A stretch of DNA of 64,000 bases from Methanobacteriota archaeon (GTDB lineage Archaea > Thermoplasmatota > Poseidoniia > Poseidoniales > Poseidoniaceae). The notes under the pieces are model-generated. The model saw nothing but the letters and a program-made list of their open reading frames with translations, was not told the DNA's origin and made no database searches. Location: positions 131 through 64,130 of the forward strand of contig PBET01000001.1 in the NCBI GenBank assembly GCA_002719815.1. The letters are read 5' to 3'. Below, piece by piece: positions 37,973 through 47,004 of this stretch. A program made the position numbers and the translations under genes. The stretch's first letter is position 1. Each line of letters begins with the position of its first letter.

Positions 37973-38048
37973 GGGCTCGTGGTCTAGGGGTTATGACGTT
38001 GCCTTGACATGGCAAAGATCGAGAGTTCGATTCTCTCCGAGCCCACCA
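37973..38048 (+). tRNA. tRNA-Val (anticodon GAC) with genomically encoded CCA
   Basis: GGGCTCG acceptor pairs with CGAGCCC. The D-arm is 'GGTCTAGGGGTTATGAC'. Anticodon stem TTGCC/GGCAA carries loop TTGACAT. The T-arm is 'GAGAGTTCGATTCTCTC', followed by discriminator A and CCA. Confidence 0.9.
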
Positions 38049-38069
38049 ATGAATTCTTCTCTTAATTCA

Positions 38070-38101
38070 ATGAATAAATGAAAATAACAATATTTATTCA
38101 T
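38070..38101. terminator. AT-rich 10-bp perfect inverted repeat between convergent tRNA-Val and the zinc-ribbon gene
   Basis: ATGAATAAAT (38070..38079), a 12-nt loop, then ATTTATTCAT (38092..38101). This is the only intergenic hairpin I noticed. Confidence 0.25.
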
Positions 38102-38112
38102 ATACTTATTGC

Positions 38113-38457
38113 TCAATTTTCATCATTGTGTGGTTTGTTATCAGTTTTCTGAACAGAAATAGGTTCATCATCGAGATTAGAAAAGTCAGTATTCCCGCCA
38201 GTCCAAGATTGGATTTCATTGGTCTCTTCAAATGATTCGTCAATCATTTTTGCACTTGAAGACAATGAATATGCTGAAGGATCAATTTCCCTTTGTTCAG
38301 TGCGCTCTGATGGATCTGGCGCTTTTCTTTCTTCCATCGGTAGACTTGAATGAAAAAGGCCACATTCTGGACACTTGAATGTACCCTTGGTTTCAAGCGT
38401 TCCGCATGAAGGACAGCGGACTGCTGATAGGAATGAGAACAATGGATCTGTTGTCAA
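38113..38457 (-). CDS. Zinc-ribbon protein with an acidic disordered tail
   Basis: 114 aa with ribbon 'CPSCGTLETKGTFKCPECG'. There is a 2-nt gap to the upstream EF-hand gene. Confidence 0.5.
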   Translation of the reverse strand: MTTDPLFSFLSAVRCPSCGTLETKGTFKCPECGLFHSSLPMEERKAPDPSERTEQREIDPSAYSLSSSAKMIDESFEETNEIQSWTGGNTDFSNLDDEPISVQKTDNKPHNDEN

Positions 38458-38459
38458 TT

Positions 38460-40475
38460 CTAATCCTCTGGAATAAACATTTCATCCTGGTAACCTACGA
38501 TTTCATCACCAGTTTCTTCTTCTTCAATTGTGACGGTTTCTTCTTCATCATCAAACTCGATGATTGTTCCATAATACTCCTCGCCATCGATGTCAAGACC
38601 TACGTACGAGCCAATATCGAGTTCTTCCTCTTGGCCTTCTTCAGCTTCCTCTTCCTCAACTTCCTCGGTTTCGGTCGCATCATCTTCGACGGATTCTTTG
38701 TCCTCCATGTCCTCCTCGTCCACTGTGTCTTCGGATTCTGAATCTTCGATTGCTTCCTTCACTTCAGCGCGTTCGTCATCAACGTCTTTCATGGCTTTGA
38801 CTCGAGCTCTCCAACCAGGTGCAAGAATGAGATGTGTGTATAGGCTCCAGACCAGTCCAGCTCCTGCGAGAACCATGAATAGAATTGCATCCCAATAGAA
38901 ATCACCTGGCATTGAAGATGATTTACCTGCCAATGGTGTCAATGAATTCTTACACTCGCCTTTCTGTATTTCGGGATCACATGGATAGGCTTGGCCTTCT
39001 GTAACAACAGTACCATCATCCATTAACCACTCTGAAGCGGGTGAATCATCGCGAATATCGAGTTCAATCATGCCTCCGGTACCATCGACGATTGGGAACA
39101 ATGCATTGACCAATAATCCAACAATAATGATCGAAAACGATGCGTGAATGAGTGGCCAAAAAACGTCATGCCATTTCTTTGACATAAAGCGAGATTGCCA
39201 TTCAGTAGGGAAGGTTTTCACCGTTTCAGCTTCTTCATCTTCAATTGATGCAATGCCATCTTCATGGCGTTCAATCGCATCAACGAATTCAACCATGTCG
39301 ATGTTTCCATCACCATCTGTGTCCATGGTGGAAAGCAGTTCATCCGCCTCTGATTCACTCAATCCTTCTGGCAATATCTCGTTCAATTTAACAACCAATT
39401 CACTTGATGTTAACAAACGATTACCATCATCATCAAGATCGCCAAATGCATTAGCGAGCGACTTATCTTGTTCATCAATGATGTCAAGTAATTGTTCCAA
39501 AATTTCCTCTGGAGAGCGCTGAGGCGTGACAGATATCTCATCAATCGCTTCTTCTTCCTCTTCTTCGACAGTATCCTCCTCAACGATATCTTCGTCGGAA
39601 TGTTCTGGAACGACTTCTTCAATTTCCTCATGTTCCGCGGATTCATCCACCTCTTCAGATACGTCGATGGATTCATCCTCTTCAACTTCAACAATCTCTT
39701 GTTCAGAATCATCATCAGATTCTGTGTTAACGTCTTCTTCTAATTCAGCCACAACCGTCTCTTCCGATTCGGTTTCAGCATCCTCTTCTTCAGATTCTAA
39801 GCGTTCATTCCATGCCGCAGCTGCTGCTTGCAATTCTTCTTTCTTAAGATAGGAATTTCCATCCGTATTGAAATCCTTTGAAAATTCAATAAATGCATCT
39901 TTATCTGAAGGGTCAATCTCATTGGATTCCATCACCTTTGAGAGAACATTTTCGTTGTATTCCAGGGATTCGGTTGTTTCTTCCGCGACATCTGCTTCTG
40001 AATCCTTATCCGTATCAGGGAGCGATTCACCTCCAATGATGGTTTGAAGCTCCTCAAGATCGATGAGGCTATCACCGTCTTCATCAATTGCCTCAACGAG
40101 TTTATCAACTTGTGAAGGGGGCAGGTCGGCAAGATTTAACGAAAGCAAGCCGTCTTTCAGTTCACCTGAATCAATCATGTTGTCGTTGTTTGTGTCAAAT
40201 CGACCAAACAGTGTTTTGACATCCATTTTGTTGTTTGCCATCCACGTTCGAAGGATATCGATGACATCATCAGCGACGAAAACAACACCACATTCCGGAC
40301 ACTTTGTGGAGTCGAGTGGGACTAATGCATTGCATGCACCGCACTCTCCAAGCGCTTCATCGGAAACGCCTGAGAATGATATGCCGCATTCAGGGCAAGA
40401 TTCAGAATCTACTGGAACAATCGCCCTACACGAACCACATTCAGCCATAGCAACTTCTTTATTTTCATCGGACAT
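38460..40475 (-). CDS. Double zinc-ribbon, five-EF-hand, two-TM highly acidic membrane protein
   Basis: 671 aa. Ribbons: 'CGSCRAIVPVDSESCPECG' and 'CGACNALVPLDSTKCPECG'. EF loops: 'DTNNDNMIDSGE', 'DEDGDSLIDLEE', 'NTDGNSYLKKEE', 'DDDGNRLLTSSE' and 'DTDGDGNIDMVE'. TM helices: 'LIHASFSIIIVGLLVNALFPIV' and 'AILFMVLAGAGLVWSLYTHLIL'. The Asp/Glu-rich C-terminus completes the protein. Confidence 0.7.
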   Translation of the reverse strand: MSDENKEVAMAECGSCRAIVPVDSESCPECGISFSGVSDEALGECGACNALVPLDSTKCPECGVVFVADDVIDILRTWMANNKMDVKTLFGRFDTNNDNMIDSGELKDGLLSLNLADLPPSQVDKLVEAIDEDGDSLIDLEELQTIIGGESLPDTDKDSEADVAEETTESLEYNENVLSKVMESNEIDPSDKDAFIEFSKDFNTDGNSYLKKEELQAAAAAWNERLESEEEDAETESEETVVAELEEDVNTESDDDSEQEIVEVEEDESIDVSEEVDESAEHEEIEEVVPEHSDEDIVEEDTVEEEEEEAIDEISVTPQRSPEEILEQLLDIIDEQDKSLANAFGDLDDDGNRLLTSSELVVKLNEILPEGLSESEADELLSTMDTDGDGNIDMVEFVDAIERHEDGIASIEDEEAETVKTFPTEWQSRFMSKKWHDVFWPLIHASFSIIIVGLLVNALFPIVDGTGGMIELDIRDDSPASEWLMDDGTVVTEGQAYPCDPEIQKGECKNSLTPLAGKSSSMPGDFYWDAILFMVLAGAGLVWSLYTHLILAPGWRARVKAMKDVDDERAEVKEAIEDSESEDTVDEEDMEDKESVEDDATETEEVEEEEAEEGQEEELDIGSYVGLDIDGEEYYGTIIEFDDEEETVTIEEEETGDEIVGYQDEMFIPED

Positions 40476-40584
40476 AGTTTGTCACCGATGACTACCAAAA
40501 CATGAGCGAATATAATGATTGATGGTCATTCTCACGATGAAACCTATTTATCTCCGTCTATAAGCAGACGCAAGGGGAGTGTAA

Positions 40585-41445
40585 ATGTCTGGCAGGATGT
40601 ATTCAATTCAAGCAAAAAATTCAGCTGAATTTGTTGACAAAATCGACCAGTTGGATCTATCCATTGACACGGCTCAAATATTCGTATCCCGATTGCCTCC
40701 ATCAAGGCTTCTTGATGTACTGGACATTTCGAGTATTCGCTGTTATTGGTTAACATCATCGCAAGGCGTCGGCACACTCGAACCCAGTCTGGAGAAAATC
40801 AATCATTTTCTTGAATCGACTCTTGGTGAAGGAGAGGGGATTATTTTCCTTGAAGGATTGGAGTGGTTAACTTCTCTCCACGGTTTTGAATCCGTTCATT
40901 CAATGATTCGTACCATCTCTGAGAGGATCTCAATGAGCGATTGGACTGTTTACATCGCAATATCCCCAAGTAGTTTTGATCAGCGCGAATTGTCGAGAAT
41001 TTATCGAGAAGCACCAGTGTTGAATGTGACAATCGATGAACAGCAGTTTACTGAGATGGAATCGAGCCAGAGTCAGCATGACCATCCTGCGAATATCCGT
41101 TCGTCGTTAGAAATGGATCTCAATGAAGATGGTACGCCGAAACTCGTGATGTTGACGAAATTGCCCAAGTCAGGTTTCACTAAACAAATTTTACAACGCA
41201 GAATCCTTCAATGGCGGAGGATGGGATTGGATACTGCTGAGGTTGAATCATCACTGTATCATGAAGATATAGATCTGATGTATGCCGAATACATTCAGAT
41301 CGAAGAAAATGTGCGCCGTGCAGTAGAATTGGAACGCTATATTTTGGCTGATGTAAAGGATACGCAAGAGCGCACTATTGCATTGTTTAGGATACGTCAA
41401 CTAACAGGTCTTGATGAATTAGAAAACAGATATTTTCTAGATTGA
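40585..41445 (+). CDS. DUF835-like protein
   Basis: 'GIIFLEGLEWLTSLHGFESVHSMIRTISERISMSDWTVYIAISPSSFDQRELSRIYREA' follows the DUF835 pattern (vvlLDglEYLi...Fe.v..fl..l.d......lii.vdp.al...e). The helical C-terminal half is unassigned. Confidence 0.45.
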   Translation: MSGRMYSIQAKNSAEFVDKIDQLDLSIDTAQIFVSRLPPSRLLDVLDISSIRCYWLTSSQGVGTLEPSLEKINHFLESTLGEGEGIIFLEGLEWLTSLHGFESVHSMIRTISERISMSDWTVYIAISPSSFDQRELSRIYREAPVLNVTIDEQQFTEMESSQSQHDHPANIRSSLEMDLNEDGTPKLVMLTKLPKSGFTKQILQRRILQWRRMGLDTAEVESSLYHEDIDLMYAEYIQIEENVRRAVELERYILADVKDTQERTIALFRIRQLTGLDELENRYFLD

Positions 41446-43023
41446 TTTCTTCAATGGTCGTTCAAGTGACGATTGGATCACTGACAGCCATGTCGAGGAT
41501 GTTAATTCTTGAGCAATCGATACAAGTTCATCACTTGTACTTCGATCGTTCATATTGGGCTGAATGACTTGGTCCAAGCAACGAATCATCGACTGAACGC
41601 ATGTCGATGAAGGCGTCGCAATGATTTTCAATGCGCGATAGGAAACAAATGCTTCACAAGCAAGAACCTCAGAACAGCGTTCTATCGCTTTGAATAAATT
41701 CCAGCTTGCTGTTGCAGCCATGCTCACATGGTCTTCTTGACCTGCAGAAGTGGTGGTTGAAAAGGCAGATCTTGGCGTAGTATGGCCATGCAATTCACCT
41801 AACGACGCAGCCGCCGCATATTGGACGATCATGAGACCCGATTCGAGACCAGCGTTCTCTGCTAAAAATGGACGAATTGCTCGTCGGTCAGGGTCCAACA
41901 TTTGATCAATACGGCGTTCGCTAATGGAAGATAGTTCAAACAATCCAAGACTCATCGCATCTGATACCAATCCAAGCACTTCTCCATGAAAATTCCCTTG
42001 AGAGACGACTTCGTGCGGACCTGGTTCTGCTGGATTAGGGAAAATCAATGGATTATCTGTTGAGGAATTGAGTTCAATCTCTACCGTTTCAACTAGCGAT
42101 TTGAATGATTCTTGAACAGGGCCGTGAACTTGTGGTATACACCGAAATGAGTACGGATCCTGCACTCGATTGCAGTCGCTATGATTGTTAAGAATGTTCG
42201 AATCTGACAAGATAGAACGTATGCGTGATGCGACAAAGAGTTGTCCTTCATGTCGACGCGTTTGATGTATACGTTCATCGAAAGGTGTTAGTGTTGATTC
42301 GGTCGCATCAATCGACATGCCAGCGATGATGTCTGAATATGTCAATAATTGGCGCAATTGTTCGACAGCAAGGGACAACATACCAGTAATGAGGCTGGTT
42401 CCATTGATCAAGGACAAGCCATCCTTTGCTCGTAACACCAGTGGCGATAATTCACATCGCCGAATTGCTTCCATCGCATCAATAATATCGCCTTGATACT
42501 CAACTCGTCCTTCACCAACCAATGCGCACGCTAAGTGCGACAAGGGTGCTAAATCACCACTTGCACCTAAACTGCCAATTCGCGGAACGAGAGGCGTTAT
42601 TGAGTGATTGATAAAATCGACAAGTTGGTTGATCACATCTGGATGACAACCTGAATGCCCTTTGACCAAGGAGTTGAGTCGGACACACATCATCGCTCGG
42701 ACAATTTCGGTCGATAGATTCGGGCCGAGGCCAGTAGCATGAGAACGAATCAAGTTAAGTTGTAAAAGTTCGACATCTTCTGAACCGATTCGCGTATGTA
42801 CGAGCGACCCAAAACCAGTATTGATTCCATAGACTGTTTCATCACCATCAACGATTCGGTCAACAACGTTACGAGCCATCTGTACACGCATCATCGCGTG
42901 GTCAGCAATGGTTACAGTTGCATGACCATATGCTACATCGGCTACATCAAATGTGTTTAACGTCTCACCATCGAGTGTAACTATACGTTTTGCCAAATTA
43001 ATCACCCTTGAATAGATCATCAA
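41437..43023 (-). CDS. hutH: Histidine ammonia-lyase
   Basis: The MIO-forming 'GSLGASGDLAPLSHLA' motif is present, as are 'NTGFGSL' and 'QDPYSFRCIPQVHG'. The 5' end overlaps hutU by 26 nt. Confidence 0.92.
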   Translation of the reverse strand: MMIYSRVINLAKRIVTLDGETLNTFDVADVAYGHATVTIADHAMMRVQMARNVVDRIVDGDETVYGINTGFGSLVHTRIGSEDVELLQLNLIRSHATGLGPNLSTEIVRAMMCVRLNSLVKGHSGCHPDVINQLVDFINHSITPLVPRIGSLGASGDLAPLSHLACALVGEGRVEYQGDIIDAMEAIRRCELSPLVLRAKDGLSLINGTSLITGMLSLAVEQLRQLLTYSDIIAGMSIDATESTLTPFDERIHQTRRHEGQLFVASRIRSILSDSNILNNHSDCNRVQDPYSFRCIPQVHGPVQESFKSLVETVEIELNSSTDNPLIFPNPAEPGPHEVVSQGNFHGEVLGLVSDAMSLGLFELSSISERRIDQMLDPDRRAIRPFLAENAGLESGLMIVQYAAAASLGELHGHTTPRSAFSTTTSAGQEDHVSMAATASWNLFKAIERCSEVLACEAFVSYRALKIIATPSSTCVQSMIRCLDQVIQPNMNDRSTSDELVSIAQELTSSTWLSVIQSSLERPLKKSI

Positions 43024-45007
43024 GCAAGGAATCCTTGACTATTTCAGGGATTGTTATCTTCAATTGATCGTTGATTTGCATTGCATGCTTTATGGATTTG
43101 ATAGCACCTTCATTACGGGCCCATGCCCTACGAGCGACACCATTCGAAACATCCCAATGCAACATGGATTGAAGTCGTTGTTCAGCTTCTTCCGTTCCAT
43201 CTATGAGCATGCCAAAGCCACCATTGGATACCTCACCCCAACCGACGCCACCACCATTATGCAAACTGACCCACGTTGCACCTCGCATTGCATCTCCAAC
43301 GAAATTTTGAACCGACATATCAGCAGTCCATTTCGAACCATCATGAATATTCGCTGTTTCTCTATAGGGGGAATCAGTACCACTTACATCGTGATGGTCA
43401 CGTCCTAGTATGATTGGAGCACTGATTCGACCATCTGCAATGGCTTTGTTCATCGCTGAAGCAATACGCGTACGACCTTGCTCATCTGCATAAAGGATGC
43501 GTGCCTTTGAACCTACGACAAGTTTGTGACTGTCTGCTTCGTGTATCCAACGTAAATTATCTTGAATTTGTTGACGAACATCTTCATCTTGTTCATGATC
43601 AAGCATCTCTTGAAGGACGTCTCCTGCTATTCTGTCTGTTTCAAGCAAATCAGAATCGAGCCCTGAGGAACAAACCCAGCGAAATGGACCAAAACCTCGA
43701 TCGAAGCATAGAGGCCCCATGATGTCCTCAACATATGACGGGTACTTGTACGAACCATCTTCTTTGAATACATCAGCACCGACTCGACCGGATTCCAATA
43801 AGAAGGCATTACCATAATCCCAGAAGAACATTCCCCGGTCTGTCATCACATTGACAGCACCAACATGCCGGCGCAGTGAATCCTGTACCATCTCCTTGAA
43901 TTTTGATGGCTCTTCATGCATCAATCGTTGCCCGTCCTCAAAACGTAATCCTGCAGGGAAATAACCACCCTGATATGGATTATGAAGCGATGTTTGATCA
44001 CTTCCTAAATGAACGTATACATCTCTTGCAACAAGACGCTCCCATAAGTCGACTATGTTTCCAACATATCCAACAGAACATCCCTTTTTTTCTTCAGATG
44101 CATTGATCATAATGTCGATTGCTTCATCAACATCGTATGATAGGTGGTCGACCCATCCTTGATCATGGCGTTTCTGTGCAGCTACAGGATTCGACTCTGC
44201 TACGATACATGAAGCTCCTGCGATGACGGCAGCCTTCGCTTGTGCACCAGACATTCCGCCCAAACCGGATGTCACAAAACGCATGCCACCAAGATTGCTG
44301 TCCGATGAAAGGCCGAACTTAAGTCTTGCAGCATTCATCAATGTAATCGTTGTGCCATGGACGATGCCTTGTGGACCGATGTACATGTATGAGCCTGCAG
44401 TCATTTGACCGTATTGCGTCACACCCATTGCATTCAACCGCTCATACTCCTCTGTCGTTGAATAGTTAGGAATCATCATACCATTCGTTACAACAACGCG
44501 GGGTGCGTTTTTGTTCGATGGAAACAATCCGAGTGGATGTCCAGAGTACATGACGAGTGTTTGTTCATCGGTCATTTCGCTAAGATATTTCATGACTAGA
44601 CGATACTGCGCCCAATTCTGGAAAACCGCTCCATTCCCACCATAGGTGATCAATTCGTGTGGAAATTGAGCAACTCTTGGGTCGAGGTTGTTATCGATCA
44701 TCAGCATTATGCCAGAGGCTTGCAAGGAGTTTGCAGAATACTCGTGAATAGGTAGTGCTGCGATGGTTCGAGTTGGCCGAAATCGATGCATGTAAATCCG
44801 GCCGTATTGCCTTAATTCTTGTAGAAATTCCTTTCCCAACTGCGCATGATGCTTGGGTTCAAAATAACGCAAGGCATTTGCCAATGCCAATCGCTCTCCC
44901 TCAGAACTGAGAACTTGTTTTCGTATTGGTGCATGGTCAACAGAGTCGTCAATACCAGGGTGCGGAGGAAGTTCGTCCGGTAAACCAATGCACGATTGCT
45001 CAAACAT
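42998..45007 (-). CDS. hutU: Urocanate hydratase (long, ~670-aa form)
   Basis: 'LITYGGNGAVFQNWAQY', 'TSGLGGMSGAQAKAA', 'LHNPYQGGYFP' and 'GRDHHDVSGTDSPYRETAN'. Confidence 0.92.
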   Translation of the reverse strand: MFEQSCIGLPDELPPHPGIDDSVDHAPIRKQVLSSEGERLALANALRYFEPKHHAQLGKEFLQELRQYGRIYMHRFRPTRTIAALPIHEYSANSLQASGIMLMIDNNLDPRVAQFPHELITYGGNGAVFQNWAQYRLVMKYLSEMTDEQTLVMYSGHPLGLFPSNKNAPRVVVTNGMMIPNYSTTEEYERLNAMGVTQYGQMTAGSYMYIGPQGIVHGTTITLMNAARLKFGLSSDSNLGGMRFVTSGLGGMSGAQAKAAVIAGASCIVAESNPVAAQKRHDQGWVDHLSYDVDEAIDIMINASEEKKGCSVGYVGNIVDLWERLVARDVYVHLGSDQTSLHNPYQGGYFPAGLRFEDGQRLMHEEPSKFKEMVQDSLRRHVGAVNVMTDRGMFFWDYGNAFLLESGRVGADVFKEDGSYKYPSYVEDIMGPLCFDRGFGPFRWVCSSGLDSDLLETDRIAGDVLQEMLDHEQDEDVRQQIQDNLRWIHEADSHKLVVGSKARILYADEQGRTRIASAMNKAIADGRISAPIILGRDHHDVSGTDSPYRETANIHDGSKWTADMSVQNFVGDAMRGATWVSLHNGGGVGWGEVSNGGFGMLIDGTEEAEQRLQSMLHWDVSNGVARRAWARNEGAIKSIKHAMQINDQLKITIPEIVKDSLLDDLFKGD

Positions 45008-45108
45008 TCAACTCCCCTCATTATACGCCAGAAAACCGAAGGACTTGAGGGTTGTTCATTAATCGATGAGCCGACGGATTGAAGAACAACACCCTCTTCA
45101 TATGGATT

Positions 45109-47004
45109 ATGAGCACAGGAGTTGAGCAAGATGCAATTCTTCTGGATGCTGAGAAGGACTTATCAAATCAATTCAATGCAGTGCTTGGTGCCACAATTGC
45201 TGTATGCATCGTCTTCTTATTTGTCTCGATCTATTTTGAAAACTTTTTGGCACCGTTTGTGGAGGAAGAAGAAAATTCAACCACGGAATATACCCCTCTG
45301 TGGGATCGTTACAAGAAAAACTACCAAACCGATTTAGAGAATGGTACCGTTCTCGAGAAAGGCCCATATTCGTTGATGGAAACGGCAAATGAATGGAACT
45401 CTACACACGTATTCGTCGAATACGAGTTGCCAGAAACAGAGGGTGGCGCTGGTGTTACGAACGATGCAAAAATATCCCTTGCATACTGGTTGCCTAAAGT
45501 GCCCGAAGGAGTAAAAGTTCCAGTTATTGCAGAGTTCGGCCCATATTTTCAAGAGCCAAGTGTCCAAACGCCAACAATTGAAGTTCCTGGTTCTTGGTTA
45601 GGTCAAATGATCATCGATCAAATATTACCGCATGGGTATGCCTTTGCTCAAGTATCTGTAACGGGTACTGGGCGGTCAAACCATTGCATGGATTTGATGG
45701 GCACTGCTGAACAACTCGGCAATGATGCTGCAGTACGATGGCTTGGTGAACAAAATTGGAGCAACGGAAATGTGGGATTAATTGGTAAATCATACGATGG
45801 ATCGACTCCATGGCAAGCAGCGATGTTTGGTAATGAACATGATTACCTCAAGACCATTGTACCGATTTCAGGTCTTATTGGGGTTAAGGAACTTATGTGG
45901 AGAAATGGAAGTTCAGAGGCGCGTGCACCGTTTATGCACAATGGTGTCTACGGGTCTTATGGTTTGGATGGTGATGAGGAAGATTATCAAAACGTTTGTC
46001 CAGATTATGTCATTGGCCCAGGAACGGGCGTTTCCACCTATCTACTTGGTTCAGAAGTGTTTGGAGATTATTGGGCAGAACGCTACTTTTTGGACCGTGT
46101 CTTAGAAAATTATCAGGGCTCTGTCTACCTCATTCAAGGAATGCATGACTGGAACGTTGACCCACATATGGCTGTCCCTACAATGAATGCACTCATTGAC
46201 GCGGGAATTGAAGCCAAGGGGTTGTTCGGTCAATGGGATCATGATTACCCTGACCGGCCACAGCAACTGTTCGAACGTAGTGACATGGGTGGAAGAGGAG
46301 GTGAAGCCTTCCCCGAAATGATTCGATATGATTGGATGCAAGACTTGCTTGAATGGTTTGAATACTATCTCCAAGAACGTGGCCCACAACCTGGTCTGTG
46401 GATTGAAGTTCAAGATAACTACGGTGATTGGCGAGTGGAATTTAACCGATATCCTCCTGCAGATACAACGGAATGGATTGCCAGTTTGGGGGATGAGTTG
46501 TCCAATGTTGGAGGGTCGCTGACAATATTACCTGATGCGAGTTCTGGACCTGTATGGGAAACAGAACCCCTAACCGAAACATTACGTGTTGCTGGAACAC
46601 CACGCCTACACGTTGATGTGACAACAGCTACTGTCGGAGGGCAATTGTACGCATTGATGGAAGATTGTTACGAAGGAACTTGCATCCATGTAGGACATGC
46701 AATTATGGATTTACGATACCATGCAGGTGGAGATGAGATACAAACATGGACCCCAATCTTTGAGACGATTAATGCGAAAATGGAATTCTTCCCACTCGAC
46801 GCAATGATTGCAGAAGGCCATACAATTCGAATATCGCTCGCATCAACAGGCGAAGATTATCTACCAGCAAGTACCTCTTCAATTGTGACCATTCAAGAAG
46901 GAGATACATCGACACTGCAATTGGATATCATCAGTGAGAATCTTGAAGAACGTCGGTACTTCAAGCCACCTGCGTGTACGCATGAGTTGTGTGTTTCTGT
47001 TTAG
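45109..47004 (+). CDS. CocE/NonD (peptidase S15, X-Pro dipeptidyl-peptidase-like) hydrolase with an N-terminal TM anchor
   Basis: Nucleophile elbow 'GLIGKSYDGSTPWQAA', 'IQGMHDWNV', and a C-terminal beta-sandwich with 'HAIMDLRYHAGG'. The ORF opens with TTG at 45079, and the first ATG is at 45109. Confidence 0.7.
   Translation: MSTGVEQDAILLDAEKDLSNQFNAVLGATIAVCIVFLFVSIYFENFLAPFVEEEENSTTEYTPLWDRYKKNYQTDLENGTVLEKGPYSLMETANEWNSTHVFVEYELPETEGGAGVTNDAKISLAYWLPKVPEGVKVPVIAEFGPYFQEPSVQTPTIEVPGSWLGQMIIDQILPHGYAFAQVSVTGTGRSNHCMDLMGTAEQLGNDAAVRWLGEQNWSNGNVGLIGKSYDGSTPWQAAMFGNEHDYLKTIVPISGLIGVKELMWRNGSSEARAPFMHNGVYGSYGLDGDEEDYQNVCPDYVIGPGTGVSTYLLGSEVFGDYWAERYFLDRVLENYQGSVYLIQGMHDWNVDPHMAVPTMNALIDAGIEAKGLFGQWDHDYPDRPQQLFERSDMGGRGGEAFPEMIRYDWMQDLLEWFEYYLQERGPQPGLWIEVQDNYGDWRVEFNRYPPADTTEWIASLGDELSNVGGSLTILPDASSGPVWETEPLTETLRVAGTPRLHVDVTTATVGGQLYALMEDCYEGTCIHVGHAIMDLRYHAGGDEIQTWTPIFETINAKMEFFPLDAMIAEGHTIRISLASTGEDYLPASTSSIVTIQEGDTSTLQLDIISENLEERRYFKPPACTHELCVSV

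Noticed and set aside
37710-38015. 101-aa ORF on the - strand
   Set aside because: It overlaps both the tRNA-Val gene and the well-formed DUF5679 zinc-ribbon ORF on the + strand, and it has no recognisable motifs.
38590-39852. Ser-rich ORFs (102 aa and 108 aa, + strand) and apparent short tandem DNA repeats
   Set aside because: They are the reverse complement of the GAA/GAT-rich acidic tracts of the EF-hand protein. The periodicity is at codon level, not a CRISPR array or satellite.
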